Shown here: one piece after another, positions 28,882-43,148 of the stretch | Layout of the letters: every line of letters starts with the position of its first letter | Numbering within the stretch: the stretch's first letter is position 1 | Assembly (NCBI GenBank): GCA_963702895.1 | Contig: OY969767.1 | Coordinates: 1,600,001 to 1,664,000 of the forward strand | DNA: 64,000 nt | Direction of reading: 5' to 3' | Origin: an uncultured Elusimicrobia bacterium | Lineage (GTDB): Bacteria; Elusimicrobiota; Elusimicrobia; 2-01-FULL-59-12 | The notes under the pieces: generated by a model | Told to the model about the DNA's origin: nothing | What the model saw: only the letters and a program-made list of their open reading frames with translations | The model's database searches: none | Translations under genes and position numbers: made by a program

Positions 28882-29463
28882 CTAGACGGTGGGTGGGGTA
28901 AAAGCGGCCTGGCGCTGATACTTTCCCTTTTTATCTGCGTACGAGGTCTCACACACCTCATCCGATTCCAAAAACAAAATCTGGGCAATGCCTTCTTCGG
29001 CATACACTTTGGCCGGCAGGGCCGTGGTGTTGGTAATGGAAAAGGTGAGGCGGCCCTCCCACTCCGGCTCCAGCGGCGCGATGGACACCTGGATCCCACA
29101 GCGCGAGTAAGTGGATTTCCCATGGCAAACCACGAGAATCTCACGAGGGATTCGAAAATATTCGAGCGACTGGGCTATCGCCATGCCATGCGGCGGGAGG
29201 ATACAGATATCGGTTTCGACATCTTGATAGGCGCTCGTGTCAAAGTTTTTAGGGTCCGTCAAACCCGCCTGCATGTGAGCGGGATCCAGGACTTTAAATT
29301 GCCGAGCCACCCGGATGTCATAGCCATAAGAGGAGACACCATAAGAGATCACGGGAGTGGGACCTCCCGGACGCTCGACCACTTTGACCTGTTTCGGCTC
29401 AAAGGGCTCGATCATGCCCTTTTCATTGGCCATTCGGGTGATCCAGCGGTCCGATTTCAGCAT
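28882..29463 (-). CDS. dcd: dCTP deaminase
   Basis: [44 protein letters not shown]. Confidence 0.95.
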   Translation of the reverse strand: MLKSDRWITRMANEKGMIEPFEPKQVKVVERPGGPTPVISYGVSSYGYDIRVARQFKVLDPAHMQAGLTDPKNFDTSAYQDVETDICILPPHGMAIAQSLEYFRIPREILVVCHGKSTYSRCGIQVSIAPLEPEWEGRLTFSITNTTALPAKVYAEEGIAQILFLESDEVCETSYADKKGKYQRQAAFTPPTV

Positions 29464-29494
29464 GGATCGCCTTGGCGTCTGGCGCAGGGGGAGA

Positions 29495-30037
29495 TCATGC
29501 GATTTCTGCCTTGGACCGTTTTTCAATTTTATGGCTTTTGCGTCCGCGGCCAGGATGAAAGTCGGGCGCCAATTTCTGGGCTTCTTTTTTGCTCTTCTCG
29601 AGAGTCATCAGTTCCTCAAGGAAGGCCTGCGGATCGGCGAACTGGCGGTACACGGAAGCGAATCGGATATAGGCCACGGTATCCAAGTCCTTGAGTTTCT
29701 TCAGGACTTTCTCCCCGATCACGCGCGAGGGAACCTGCATCACGTAATCTTGGAGCTCGTACTCAATCTCCGCGATGATGCGCTCGATGACATCCGGGCC
29801 AATGGGGCGCTTTTCGCAGGCGCGCAGAATCCCTTCGCGCAGTTTATCGCGATTAAAAGGTTCTCGCCGCTCATTGGATTTGAGGACCATGAGGGGCACT
29901 TCTTCGAGACGTTCGTAGGTCGTGAATCGTTTGTGGCAGGCCTGGCACTCCCGGCGACGTCGGATAATACTCGCGCCCTCCAACGGCCTCGAATCGAGTA
30001 CTCTATCCTCTTGGTGTCCACAATACGGACATTTCAT
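29495..30037 (-). CDS. nrdR: Transcriptional repressor NrdR
   Basis: [33 protein letters not shown]. Confidence 0.97.
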   Translation of the reverse strand: MKCPYCGHQEDRVLDSRPLEGASIIRRRRECQACHKRFTTYERLEEVPLMVLKSNERREPFNRDKLREGILRACEKRPIGPDVIERIIAEIEYELQDYVMQVPSRVIGEKVLKKLKDLDTVAYIRFASVYRQFADPQAFLEELMTLEKSKKEAQKLAPDFHPGRGRKSHKIEKRSKAEIA

Positions 30038-30073
30038 GAAGGAACGGCCTCCGGGTCTCCAGTGCTTAAGGGG

Positions 30074-30119
30074 ATACAACCTGTAGGGACTGATGAACTA
30101 TAACAACTAGCTCTGGTAG
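30074..30119. promoter_or_regulatory. Putative tandem NrdR boxes upstream of nrdR
   Basis: ATACAACCTGTAGGGA (30074) and CAACTAGCTCTGGTAG (30104) keep the C4/A6/T9/T11/G13 pattern of the acaCwAtATaTwGtgt box; 30-bp spacing. Confidence 0.45.
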
Positions 30120-30209
30120 GGGTCAAGCATCATACGACAGCAAGCACCGCAAAGCGCATAGCGGAAAGCTGATCGATGTTCGCTGCTCGCTTTTCGCTGT
30201 GCGCTGCCG

Positions 30210-31313
30210 TCAGAGAATTCGTTCCTGGGTTTCTTTGTCAAAGAGACGGATTTTCTCGAGATTAAAGAGAATTTCAATCTCCTGGTTGACTTTGGCTTCG
30301 GACTGAGGTTCGACACGGGCCACCAGGGTGTTTTTGCCGGTGTTGAGATACAGAAGCACTTCACTCCCCATCGGTTCAACGACTTCGACCGTCGAGACGG
30401 CCGTACGGCCTTCGGTCGCGATGTTGCCCGCGTAGACTTTGTCGTAGATATCTTCAGGCCGAACGCCGAGCGTCACCACTTTGCCCACATACGATGCGAC
30501 GGCTTTGCCCATCGCCGGCAAAAGCTCAAGCGTAAACTTGCCTTCTTCAAGATAGAAATGGCCCGACCGACGAACCACCTGGACATCCATAAAGTTCATC
30601 GGCGGACTACCGATAAAGCTGGCCACGAATTTATTGGCCGGCTTGTTGTAGATGTCCAAGGGCTTATCCACCTGCATAATGGATCCATCCTTCATCACGC
30701 AGATCCGGTCTCCCATCGTCATCGCCTCGACCTGATCGTGCGTGACGTAGATCATGGTTGTTTGCAGACGATCATGGAGTTTGGAGAGTTCCGTACGCAT
30801 CTGTACGCGGAGTTTTGCGTCCAGGTTCGAGAGGGGCTCGTCAAAGAGAAAAACTTTGGGCTTGCGCACAATCGCCCGGCCCACCGCGACCCGCTGGCGC
30901 TGGCCGCCGGAGAGGTCCTTCGGCTTTCGCTCCAGCAAGTGGGTGAGGTTGAGGATTTCCGCCGTCTCGCGCACACGCGCGTCGATTTCCTTCTTCTTAT
31001 AGCCCCGGAGTTTGAGTCCAAAAGCCATGTTCTCATAGGCCGTCATGTGCGGATAGAGCGCGTAATTCTGGAACACCATGGCGATATCCCGCTCTTTGGG
31101 AGGAACACCATTGACCAGGCGATTGCCAATCCAGATCTCCCCTGACGTGAGCTCCTCAAGACCGGCGATCATGCGCAGCGTCGTGCTTTTTCCGCATCCC
31201 GAAGGGCCTACGAGTACACAGAATTCGCGGTCCGGGATCTCCAGGTTGATCCCGGTGACAATCACATGACCGTTGATCACTTTCCTGACGCTGCGTAAGA
31301 CAACGTTAGCCAT
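30210..31313 (-). CDS. Carbohydrate ABC transporter ATP-binding protein (MalK/MsmX/UgpC family)
   Basis: [53 protein letters not shown]. Confidence 0.93.
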   Translation of the reverse strand: MANVVLRSVRKVINGHVIVTGINLEIPDREFCVLVGPSGCGKSTTLRMIAGLEELTSGEIWIGNRLVNGVPPKERDIAMVFQNYALYPHMTAYENMAFGLKLRGYKKKEIDARVRETAEILNLTHLLERKPKDLSGGQRQRVAVGRAIVRKPKVFLFDEPLSNLDAKLRVQMRTELSKLHDRLQTTMIYVTHDQVEAMTMGDRICVMKDGSIMQVDKPLDIYNKPANKFVASFIGSPPMNFMDVQVVRRSGHFYLEEGKFTLELLPAMGKAVASYVGKVVTLGVRPEDIYDKVYAGNIATEGRTAVSTVEVVEPMGSEVLLYLNTGKNTLVARVEPQSEAKVNQEIEILFNLEKIRLFDKETQERIL

Positions 31314-31344
31314 AAATTAGAAACAAGAGGATAGGCTTTGGACC

Positions 31345-34300
31345 CTAGACCTGTGCCCTGATCCCTTGGTCCTTTGTCCTTTGATAGTATTCTTGTAAAG
31401 AGGCCACGGTGACGCGGTCTTCCCGGATGCTGCGCAGACCCGCCAGCGCCGCGCGTGCGGCAGCGAGCGTCGTCACAATCGGCACGTTGTGCTGCAGGGC
31501 GGCTTGACGGATGGTAAAACCTTCGGAATGGGACCGTCTGCCTGAGGGCGTGTTGATCACAAGGGCCGCCTCCCGGTTTTTGATCACGTCCGCGACGTTG
31601 GGTCGTCCCTCATTCAGTTTTTGGACCGTCCGCACCTCAAGCCCCTGTTCACGGAGGCAAGCCGCTGTCGAGCTCGTCGCCAGAAGCTCGAAACCTAGCT
31701 TGGCCATTTCCTTGGCGATGTGTGCGCCCGCTTTCTTATCGCGGTCCGCTAAACTGAAAAGAACGCCGCCAGCTTTTGGCAACTGCGAGCCTGCCGCGGA
31801 CTGGGATTTTGCGAAGGCCCTTGAGAAGTCCTGATCGATACCCATCACTTCGCCTGTCGAGCGCATCTCAGGGCCAAGCACGGCGTCGACACCCGGGAAA
31901 CGCGACCAGGGAAGAACGGCTTCCTTCACCGCCACCCAGGACATCTTCGGGCCCTCCTTAAGAAGATGGGGCGACAGCAATTCCCTGAGCTTGCGACCCA
32001 CCATGAGTTTCGCGGCAATCTTCGCGAGGGGCACGCCGGTGGCTTTCGAAACAAAGGGGACCGTACGGCTGGCGCGGGGATTGGCTTCCAGAATATAGAT
32101 GATGCCCTCGCGGATCGCGAATTGGATATTCATAAGACCCTTCACACCCAGCCCCTTGGCTAACTGCTCGGTGTACGTTTTGATGGTGTGGAGATCTTTT
32201 GCGGAAAGAGTTCGCGGGGGAAGCACGCAAGCAGAATCCCCAGAATGGATACCGGCTTCCTCAATATGCTCCATGATCCCGCCAATGTAGATGTCCTGGC
32301 CGTCACAGAGGGCGTCGACATCCAGTTCCGTCGCATTGTCCAGAAACTTATCAATGAGAATCGGGTGTTCGGGTGAGACCCGTGTCGCTCGGGCGATATA
32401 GTCCGCCAGCATCGCGTCGTCATAGACGACTTCCATCGCGCGACCGCCGAGGACATAGCTCGGCCGGACCATCACGGGATAGGTGATGCGCTCGGCGGTC
32501 GCGCGGGCTTCTTCAAAAGAGCGCGCGGTCCCATTGGGGGCCTGAGGAATGCCCAGTTTGGTTAACAGAGCGCCAAAGCGCTTGCGATCTTCAGCCAAAT
32601 CAATGGAGTCCGGGGAAGTGCCCAGGATCTGCACGCCAGCTTGTTCAAGCGGGAGGGCGAGGTTGAGCGGCGTCTGACCCCCGAATTGAACAATGACGCC
32701 TTCGGGCTTTTCTTTCTGGACGATGTTCAGCACGTCTTCCAGGGTGAGGGGCTCAAAATAGAGTTTATCGGAGGTGTCATAATCCGTCGAAACCGTCTCG
32801 GGATTACAATTGATCATCAGGGTCTCATACCCATCCTCTTTAAGCGCCATGACGGCATGGACGCAGCAGTAGTCAAACTCAATGCCTTGCCCGATGCGGT
32901 TGGGGCCGCCGCCGAGGATGATGGCCTTCTTTTGAGCGCTCGGGACGACCTCATCTTCTTCCTCATAGGTCGAATAGAAATAGGGCGTGTAAGCCTGGAA
33001 CTCCGCCGCGCAGGTGTCCACCGACTTATAGGTTGGAAGGATCTTTTCGCTCATGCGCCAGGAGCGAACGTCTTTCTCGCTCACACCGCGCAGGACCGCG
33101 ATCTGAACATCGGAGAATCCGTGGCGCTTGGCTTCAAGAAGCAGCTCACGCGGCAGCGGGTTCTTGGGCGCGGCGGCAATCGCTTTTTCACAAGAGAGAA
33201 TGTCCTCGATCTGATGGATAAACCAGGGATCGATCCCGGACCACTCGGTGATTTGTGGGGCGGTAACACCTGCCTTCAAGGCGGCGCGAAGATAGAAGAT
33301 GCGGTCACAATTGGGGACCCGGATGCGGTCATGCAAAAGGTTCATCCACTGTCCGTGTTCGATGTTTGCGGCCCCTTCCGAGCTCGACAGTTCCTCTCCC
33401 GGGCTCTTTCGATCGGCCCCTAATCCTTGCGATCCGACCTCAAGGCCTCGAAGCGCTTTCTGCAGGGCCTCCTTGAAGGTTCGGCCCAGCGCCATGACCT
33501 CGCCGACGGATTTCATCGCGGTATTTAACGTTTGATCGGCCGCTGTAAATTTCTCAAAGGCAAAGCGCGGAATCTTGACCACCGTGTAATCGATCGTGGG
33601 CTCAAAAGAGGCGGGTGTTTTCTTTGTGATGTCATTGGGGAGCTCGTCCAACCGGTAGCCCACCGCGAGCAGCGCCGCGATCTTGGCGATCGGATAGCCT
33701 GTCGCTTTGGAAGCGAGCGCCGAGCTGCGAGACACGCGCGGGTTCATCTCGATGACCACACGCTCACCCGTCGCGGGATCGACGGCAAACTGGATGTTGG
33801 ACCCACCCGTGTCCACACCGATCGCCCGGATGCAGGTAAAGGCGTCATCACGCATCGCCTGGTACTCGAGATCCGTCAGAGTCTGAATGGGCGCTACCGT
33901 AATGGAGTCTCCCGTATGCACGCCCATCGGGTCAAAGTTTTCGATCGAGCAGATAATGACGCAGTTATCACGGCAGTCGCGCATCACTTCCAGCTCATAC
34001 TCTTTCCAGCCCAGCACGGACTGCTCCATGAGCACCTCACCCACGGGACTTGCTTCGAGACCCCGTTGGAGGGCCTCCAACAATTCGTCCTTGGTATAAA
34101 CCGTCCCCGAACCAATGCCCCCCAGCGTGAAGGATGGGCGGATGATGATCGGAAAACCAATATTACGGGCAATCTCTTCGCCTTCGGCCAGAGACTTCGC
34201 GTAACCGCTCTTGGGGACTTTGAGTCCGACATCCTGCATGGTTTTCTTAAAGAGGAGGCGGTCTTCCGCTTTTTTGATCGCGTCGAGTTTCGCTCCGATG

Positions 34301-34644
34301 AGCTCGACTTTGTATTTGTCCAGGACCCCTCGCGTGGCGAGTGCCACAGCGAGATTAAGCGCCGTTTGTCCCCCCAGGGTTGGCAGCAGCGCTTCGGGTT
34401 TTTCTTTGGCAATGATTTCTTCCAGAATTTCGGGGGTGAGCGGCTCCACATAGGTTGCATCGGCGAGTTCAGGGTCCGTCATGATCGTCGCTGGGTTCGA
34501 GTTGACGAGGACAATCCGGTAGCCCTCCTTGCGAAGGGCTTTGACGGCCTGGGTTCCGGAATAGTCGAACTCACAAGCCTGGCCGATGACGATCGGGCCG
34601 GAGCCGATGATCAGGATGGTTTTGATATCAGTTCGCTTGGGCAT
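31345..34644 (-). CDS. carB: Carbamoyl-phosphate synthase large subunit
   Basis: [18 protein letters not shown], duplicated ATP-grasp halves, MGS domain. Confidence 0.98.
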   Translation of the reverse strand: MPKRTDIKTILIIGSGPIVIGQACEFDYSGTQAVKALRKEGYRIVLVNSNPATIMTDPELADATYVEPLTPEILEEIIAKEKPEALLPTLGGQTALNLAVALATRGVLDKYKVELIGAKLDAIKKAEDRLLFKKTMQDVGLKVPKSGYAKSLAEGEEIARNIGFPIIIRPSFTLGGIGSGTVYTKDELLEALQRGLEASPVGEVLMEQSVLGWKEYELEVMRDCRDNCVIICSIENFDPMGVHTGDSITVAPIQTLTDLEYQAMRDDAFTCIRAIGVDTGGSNIQFAVDPATGERVVIEMNPRVSRSSALASKATGYPIAKIAALLAVGYRLDELPNDITKKTPASFEPTIDYTVVKIPRFAFEKFTAADQTLNTAMKSVGEVMALGRTFKEALQKALRGLEVGSQGLGADRKSPGEELSSSEGAANIEHGQWMNLLHDRIRVPNCDRIFYLRAALKAGVTAPQITEWSGIDPWFIHQIEDILSCEKAIAAAPKNPLPRELLLEAKRHGFSDVQIAVLRGVSEKDVRSWRMSEKILPTYKSVDTCAAEFQAYTPYFYSTYEEEDEVVPSAQKKAIILGGGPNRIGQGIEFDYCCVHAVMALKEDGYETLMINCNPETVSTDYDTSDKLYFEPLTLEDVLNIVQKEKPEGVIVQFGGQTPLNLALPLEQAGVQILGTSPDSIDLAEDRKRFGALLTKLGIPQAPNGTARSFEEARATAERITYPVMVRPSYVLGGRAMEVVYDDAMLADYIARATRVSPEHPILIDKFLDNATELDVDALCDGQDIYIGGIMEHIEEAGIHSGDSACVLPPRTLSAKDLHTIKTYTEQLAKGLGVKGLMNIQFAIREGIIYILEANPRASRTVPFVSKATGVPLAKIAAKLMVGRKLRELLSPHLLKEGPKMSWVAVKEAVLPWSRFPGVDAVLGPEMRSTGEVMGIDQDFSRAFAKSQSAAGSQLPKAGGVLFSLADRDKKAGAHIAKEMAKLGFELLATSSTAACLREQGLEVRTVQKLNEGRPNVADVIKNREAALVINTPSGRRSHSEGFTIRQAALQHNVPIVTTLAAARAALAGLRSIREDRVTVASLQEYYQRTKDQGIRAQV

Positions 34645-34654
34645 ACCTTTTAGC

Positions 34655-34762
34655 TGTCACCCCGGCGGAAGCCGGCCCTCCACACACCCGGCGGGCCGGG
34701 TCGCCGGACTTGTGGAGACCCGGGGTCTATCATGATAGATTCCGGCTTTCGCCGGAATGACG
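34655..34762. repeat. CGTC-type REP dimer with a 48-nt twin-hairpin insert
   Basis: TGTCACCCCGGCGGAAGCC[34674-34721]GGGGTCTATCATGATAGATTCCGGCTTTCGCCGGAATGACG. Confidence 0.8.
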
Positions 34763-34766
34763 AAAT

Positions 34767-37989
<3,223 letters not shown>

Positions 37990-38138
37990 AGGTTTTCAGG
38001 ATAACTCGGGCGCAGAAAAACCAGCTCGACCAGAGCTGGTTAATGACGTCATGGATATTCTAGAAAAGGAGCCTCAGGAAGGCAACTAAATAAGGGAAGT
38101 GGGGAGAGATCTCAGGTGCGGCTTGGGCAAAAGGAAGC

Positions 38139-38525
38139 TCAGCCGTTCACCTTGACTTCGATCACCTTGGCTTTCTCCGAGGCCATGAGACAGGAGCCTT
38201 CAAAGATAGCGCCTTCGGCGATCAAAAGCTGCGGCGCATGCAGATCACCAAAGACCTGCGATTTGGAGAGAAGTTCAAGAGATTCTGTGGCATGGATATT
38301 ACCGGTCACTTTGCCGCCTATGACGACCGTGCGGGCCGAGATATCGCCCTGGACTTCACCGCGTTCTCCCAGGATCACCCCTTCGGCGGAAATGCCACCT
38401 TCCACCTTGCCATCAATACGGATGGACCCTTTGGAGCGCAGGGTCCCCTGGAAAGAGGATTCTGTTCCGATCATGGATTCTAATTGGTTGTCAACCTTGT
38501 CCTGGCCGCTCTTTGTTCTAAACAT
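38139..38525 (-). CDS. Bactofilin (polymer-forming cytoskeletal protein)
   Basis: IGTESSFQG.L...IRIDGKVEG...V.GDI.A..V.I.G.V.GNI...GAIFEG. Confidence 0.92.
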   Translation of the reverse strand: MFRTKSGQDKVDNQLESMIGTESSFQGTLRSKGSIRIDGKVEGGISAEGVILGERGEVQGDISARTVVIGGKVTGNIHATESLELLSKSQVFGDLHAPQLLIAEGAIFEGSCLMASEKAKVIEVKVNG

Positions 38526-38530
38526 GACGA

Positions 38531-39466
38531 TTATTCCCCCTGCGCCTTGACGAATTTGATCGGATTGACGGCGCGACCGTTGTGCCAAACTTCATAATGC
38601 AAATGATAGCCGGTGCTGTGTCCGGAAGTGCCCATCAAAGCGATCACATCGCCACGTTTGACTCGGTCGCCGGGCCGGACCAAGATTTTGGACGTGTGCG
38701 CGTAGTAGGTTTTGTAGCCGCGACCATGATCGATGACCACCATCCGCCCATACCCGCCCTGCCATGAGGCGATGAGCACCGAACCATCTGCCGTGGCTTT
38801 GATCGGGGTCCCCAAGGCGCTGGCAATATCAAGCCCGCGGTGGTACTCCCCATCCGCCTGCTCGAACGGATCACGACGATGGCCATACCCGGAAGTGTAA
38901 TGGCCGGACGCCGGAAGTCCCATGGGCGTGGCTCTGAAAAGGGCCCGCTGATCCTTGATGTAATCGGCGATTTCGGTGTAATTTGAAATCAGATCCGAGC
39001 CCGACTGCTTCACTTCGGCGAGCTGGCTGTGCATATCTTCCATCCGAAGCTCAGGCCGGCGCCCTGTCATCATGCCCAAGAGCGCACGATTGTCCGTCGG
39101 TGTCGGCCCTCCCATCGCATGGTCCGTCTCGACAATCGCTTTACGCGACTTCATCTGCAAGAGACGCTGGAGGGCAATTTCCGTTTCTTTCACGCGGTCC
39201 AGGTACTCACGTGATTTTTTCATCTCCTGAGTGAAGTACCACATCTTGGCGCGCAGGACACTTTCGTTGGTTCGCGCTCTCCAGTAGTCCACATGCCGAC
39301 TGACAATAAAACCGGACCAGACCGTGAGGCCTGTCCAGCCCACGGCAAGAGAGACAAGGAATGCCACTGAAAAATTAAGCCGCACAGGACGAGATTCGCT
39401 GTGCGGGATGAGCATCACCGTCAAACGACGCCCTAAACTTTTCTTGAGTTTTGGTGAGAATTCCAT
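38531..39466 (-). CDS. M23 family metallopeptidase
   Basis: HRGLDIA, YAHTS, TGYHLHYEV; N-terminal TM and coiled coil. Confidence 0.92.
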   Translation of the reverse strand: MEFSPKLKKSLGRRLTVMLIPHSESRPVRLNFSVAFLVSLAVGWTGLTVWSGFIVSRHVDYWRARTNESVLRAKMWYFTQEMKKSREYLDRVKETEIALQRLLQMKSRKAIVETDHAMGGPTPTDNRALLGMMTGRRPELRMEDMHSQLAEVKQSGSDLISNYTEIADYIKDQRALFRATPMGLPASGHYTSGYGHRRDPFEQADGEYHRGLDIASALGTPIKATADGSVLIASWQGGYGRMVVIDHGRGYKTYYAHTSKILVRPGDRVKRGDVIALMGTSGHSTGYHLHYEVWHNGRAVNPIKFVKAQGE

Positions 39467-39490
39467 GTAATTTTTGTCAAACCCGTTACA

Positions 39491-39519
39491 TATATACCAA
39501 CGCCCCAGTCGAGTGTCAA
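39491..39519 (-). promoter_or_regulatory. Putative sigma70 promoter for the M23/bactofilin genes
   Basis: TTGACA-17nt-TATATA with TG extension on the minus strand. Confidence 0.45.
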
Positions 39520-39656
39520 GGGGAAAAAACTCATTTAAAAATTGATTCAAAAGGCCCTTTTTGATTGAATGGCTACCCACCTTCGGCACGGCTCGCCCGA
39601 ATGGCGAGCCGCTTTGCCGATGGCCATCGCAACCATAACAAGAAAGGAAGGCGAAG

Positions 39657-42452
39657 GTGGAACTGAACAAAGTCTATAACCCTGAAACCACAGAAGCCGA
39701 TTGGTATGAGGGCTGGGGGAAAAAGGGCTATTTTAAGCCCCATCATCAGGCCAAACCCGCCTACGCCATCGTCATCCCCCCCCCTAACGTCACCGGGAGC
39801 CTCCACATGGGGCATGCACTCAACAATACCCTTCAGGACATCCTCATCCGCTGGCAAAGAATGCTCGGCCACAAGACCCTCTGGGTACCGGGGACCGATC
39901 ATGGCGGGATCGCTACTCAAAATGTGGTTGAAAAATTGATGCGTTCTGAAAAGAAGACCCGTCACGATCTGGGGCGAGAGGAGTTCCTCGAGCGCATGTG
40001 GGAATGGCGCAAAGACACAGGGGACACGATCCTGATGCAGCTGAGGCGCTTGGGGGCCAGCTGTGACTGGTCGCGGACCCGATTCACCATGGATGAACAG
40101 TGCTCTAAGGCTGTACGGCATGCTTTCGTCCAACTCTTTAAGGAGGGCCTTATTTATCGGGGACCCCGTATGGTGAACTGGTGCCCTCGCTGCCATACAG
40201 CCCTCGCAGATATTGAAGTAGAGCATGAAGAACGGGCCGGCAAGCTGTGGTACATCCGCTATCTTCTCACTGACGTCCGACGTGCGACGTCCGACGTCGG
40301 ACCTCGGACGTCGGACGGCCACTATGTGGTCGTTGCAACGACACGCCCCGAAACCATGCTCGGGGACACCGCCGTCGCCGTCAATCCGAAGGATGAACGC
40401 TACAAACCCTATAGAGGTAAGAAGGTCCTTCTGCCGCTCATGGGCCGGGAAATCCCTGTGATTGCCGATGAAGCGGTGATGTCCGCGTTCGGAACCGGTG
40501 CCGTCAAAGTGACGCCAGCGCATGACCCCACCGACTTTGAGATTGGAGAAAGGCACAAGCTCCCCCACGAGGTCGTCATCGGTTTCGATGGCAAGATGAC
40601 CCATCGCGCGGGCCCCTACGCCGGGCTCGACCGCCTGGAAGCGCGAAAGCGCATCGTGGCCGATCTGGAAGCACAGGGGCTCCTGGAAAAGACAGAGGAC
40701 TACACGCTTTCTGCCGCGGAATGCTACCGTTGCCAAACCACGATTGAACCCCTGGTCTCGGAACAATGGTTCATCAGAATGAAATCGCTCGCTGCGCCAG
40801 CCGCGAGCGCCACGCGCGATGGCCGCGTGAAGATATATCCGTCCTCTTGGGAAAAACCTTATATCGATTGGCTCGACGCTATACGGGACTGGTGCATCTC
40901 ACGGCAGATCTGGTGGGGACACCGCATTCCCATCTGGTATTGCCCGTCCAACGTCCGACGTGCGACGCCCGGACAAGCACTCAGCAGCTTCCAGGACCGA
41001 CAGTCCCGGCCCCCAAAGGGCGCCGTGATGTCGGACGTCGGACGTCGGACCTCGGACGATTCTTGTCCCCCCATCGCCGCCACCGAGAAGCCCGAAAAGT
41101 GCCCCTCCTGCGGATCCCAAGACCTGACCCAGGACGAGGATGTCCTGGACACATGGTTTTCGTCGGCTTTATGGCCGCTCTCTGTTTTCGGTTGGCCGGA
41201 AGAATCAACGGATCTCGACGTGTTTTACCCCACTTCGGTGCTGGTGACAGGGCACGAAATCCTGTATCTGTGGGTCGCACGCATGGTGATGATGGGCCTC
41301 CATTTTAAGAAGGACGTCCCTTTCCGTCATGTCTATATCCACGGGATCGTCCGCGATAAACAAGGAAAGAAAATGTCCAAATCCCTCGGCAATGTCATTG
41401 ACCCGCTCGAAAAGATGAAACAGTTCGGCACCGATGCCCTGCGGTTTTCCCTCGCGGAGTCCAGTATCCCTGGCCGGGACCTGCACCTTTCCGATGATTC
41501 TTTTCTCAAAGCCAGGAATTTCGCGAACAAACTCTGGAACGCCAGCCGCTTTGTCCTGATGAACCTGGAAGGGTATACCCCTCAACCCCTGCCCGCGCCG
41601 GGGCATCTCGGGCTCGCCGACCGCTGGATTCTTCATGAACTGCAGCGCACCATCGAAACGGTCTCGCGGGCTCTGGCCGCCTACAACCCCGCGGAAGCTT
41701 CCAGAGCTCTCTATGAGTTTATCTGGGGCACGCTTTGCGACTGGTATCTGGAGATCTCCAAGGTCGCTCTGATGGGACAGGACGGCACGGCGCGAAAGAT
41801 TAAACAGACCCTTCTGACCCATCTCTTGGACCAGGCCTTGGCACTTCTACACCCCGTCATGCCCTATGAGACGGAAGCGCTCTACCAAGCGCTCAAAGGT
41901 CATCTGGTCTCACCCGTGGAGAGCATCATGGTGCATGCGTGGCCGTCCCTGCAGAAAGAGCGGCTCGACCCGTCCTCGTATGAGAAAATGAAGCTCGTCC
42001 AGGACGTGGTGACGTCGATACGCACGCTCAGAAGCGAGTCTGTGATCCCCCCCGGAGCGCGTTTGAGCGCTTACCTGGGCAACCTGGATTCCAAGGCGAA
42101 GGAGATCCTCACGGATCCTGATGTGCAAGCGTTTATTATCTCGCTAGCCAGGCTTGAAAAGCTTGACCTGGACACGGGGGCCAAACCCAAGGAATACCTT
42201 TTCTCCGTCTTTGGCGGCGGCGAGGTGTTTGTCGCAGCGCATGGCCTCCTCGACAAAGAAAAGGAAAAAGCGAGGCTCATCAAAAATAGGCAGCAGCTCG
42301 AGCAGATGCTTCGGCGCGGCAAGGCCGCCCTGGAGAACAAGGATTTTCTGGAGCGGGCCCCCAAAGAGGAGGTCGACAACCGCCGGCAGACTTTGCTTCA
42401 GACGCAGAAGAAAATAGAATGGTTGAACAGGAACCTGGAGGGCTTATCCTAA
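39657..42452 (+). CDS. valS: Valine-tRNA ligase
   Basis: PPPNVTGSLHMGH, DHGGIATQ, WCISRQIWWGH, KMSKS. Confidence 0.98.
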   Translation: MELNKVYNPETTEADWYEGWGKKGYFKPHHQAKPAYAIVIPPPNVTGSLHMGHALNNTLQDILIRWQRMLGHKTLWVPGTDHGGIATQNVVEKLMRSEKKTRHDLGREEFLERMWEWRKDTGDTILMQLRRLGASCDWSRTRFTMDEQCSKAVRHAFVQLFKEGLIYRGPRMVNWCPRCHTALADIEVEHEERAGKLWYIRYLLTDVRRATSDVGPRTSDGHYVVVATTRPETMLGDTAVAVNPKDERYKPYRGKKVLLPLMGREIPVIADEAVMSAFGTGAVKVTPAHDPTDFEIGERHKLPHEVVIGFDGKMTHRAGPYAGLDRLEARKRIVADLEAQGLLEKTEDYTLSAAECYRCQTTIEPLVSEQWFIRMKSLAAPAASATRDGRVKIYPSSWEKPYIDWLDAIRDWCISRQIWWGHRIPIWYCPSNVRRATPGQALSSFQDRQSRPPKGAVMSDVGRRTSDDSCPPIAATEKPEKCPSCGSQDLTQDEDVLDTWFSSALWPLSVFGWPEESTDLDVFYPTSVLVTGHEILYLWVARMVMMGLHFKKDVPFRHVYIHGIVRDKQGKKMSKSLGNVIDPLEKMKQFGTDALRFSLAESSIPGRDLHLSDDSFLKARNFANKLWNASRFVLMNLEGYTPQPLPAPGHLGLADRWILHELQRTIETVSRALAAYNPAEASRALYEFIWGTLCDWYLEISKVALMGQDGTARKIKQTLLTHLLDQALALLHPVMPYETEALYQALKGHLVSPVESIMVHAWPSLQKERLDPSSYEKMKLVQDVVTSIRTLRSESVIPPGARLSAYLGNLDSKAKEILTDPDVQAFIISLARLEKLDLDTGAKPKEYLFSVFGGGEVFVAAHGLLDKEKEKARLIKNRQQLEQMLRRGKAALENKDFLERAPKEEVDNRRQTLLQTQKKIEWLNRNLEGLS
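40274..40317. repeat. In-frame heptamer palindrome inside valS (copy 1)
   Basis: CGTCCGACGTGCGACGTCCGACGTCGGACCTCGGACGTCGGACG, encoding VRRATSDVGPRTSD. Confidence 0.85.
40945..41058. repeat. In-frame heptamer palindrome inside valS (copy 2)
   Basis: Arms CGTCCAACGTCCGACGTGCGACG / TCGGACGTCGGACGTCGGACCTCGGACG with a ~60-nt loop. Confidence 0.8.
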
Positions 42453-43148
42453 GTGAATCGTTTACGACCCATCAAGATATCACGACGCTACTTGAAGTAT
42501 CCCGAAGGTTCCTGCCTCATCCAGATGGGCCATACGAAAGTGCTTTGCACGGCGAGCATCTCCCGAGACCTCCCCGATCACGCCAAGGCACAAAACAAAG
42601 GCTGGCTGAGCGCGGAGTATTCCATGCTGCCGCGCGCGACCGCGGAACGCACCGCGCGCGGCAAGATCGCCTCGGGCGGCCGCGCCAAGGAAATCTCCCG
42701 ATTGATCGGTCGTTCCCTGCGGGCCGTGATGGATTTGAGTGTCATCCCGGACCTCGGCATTCTCATTGACTGTGATGTCATCCAAGCCGATGGCGGCACT
42801 CGAACAGCCGCCATCAATGGGGGTTTCATCGCCGTCGTGGAGGCGCTCCGGCACTGGCGCAAAGAAAACAAAGCCATGCAATGGCCCATTCGCGACGCGG
42901 TGGGGGCCGTGAGCGTCGGCCTCATCGAAGGCCAGTGTGTCCTGGATCTGGATTATGAAAAGGACGTCCGCGCCGATGTCGACTTGAATGTCGTCATGAC
43001 GGGCTCCGGTCATTACGTGGAAATCCAAGGGAGCGCCGAACATAAGCCCTTTGATCAAAACGACCTCCAGAGGATGCTCGCGCTCGCCAAGACAGGCATC
43101 CGAACGATTCTCGCGCTTCAGCAGAAGGCCCTGGGAAGACTCTCGTGA
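42453..43148 (+). CDS. rph: Ribonuclease PH
   Basis: GWLSAEYSMLPRAT, EISRLIGRSLR, DCDVIQADGGTR, DLDY..D, EIQG. Confidence 0.96.
   Translation: MNRLRPIKISRRYLKYPEGSCLIQMGHTKVLCTASISRDLPDHAKAQNKGWLSAEYSMLPRATAERTARGKIASGGRAKEISRLIGRSLRAVMDLSVIPDLGILIDCDVIQADGGTRTAAINGGFIAVVEALRHWRKENKAMQWPIRDAVGAVSVGLIEGQCVLDLDYEKDVRADVDLNVVMTGSGHYVEIQGSAEHKPFDQNDLQRMLALAKTGIRTILALQQKALGRLS

Noticed and set aside
39570..39630. T-box or riboswitch upstream of valS
   Set aside because: No T-box consensus or antiterminator seen; the branched CCTTCG...CGATGGCCATCG structure resembles the insert at 53811-53884, so it is more likely another palindromic repeat.
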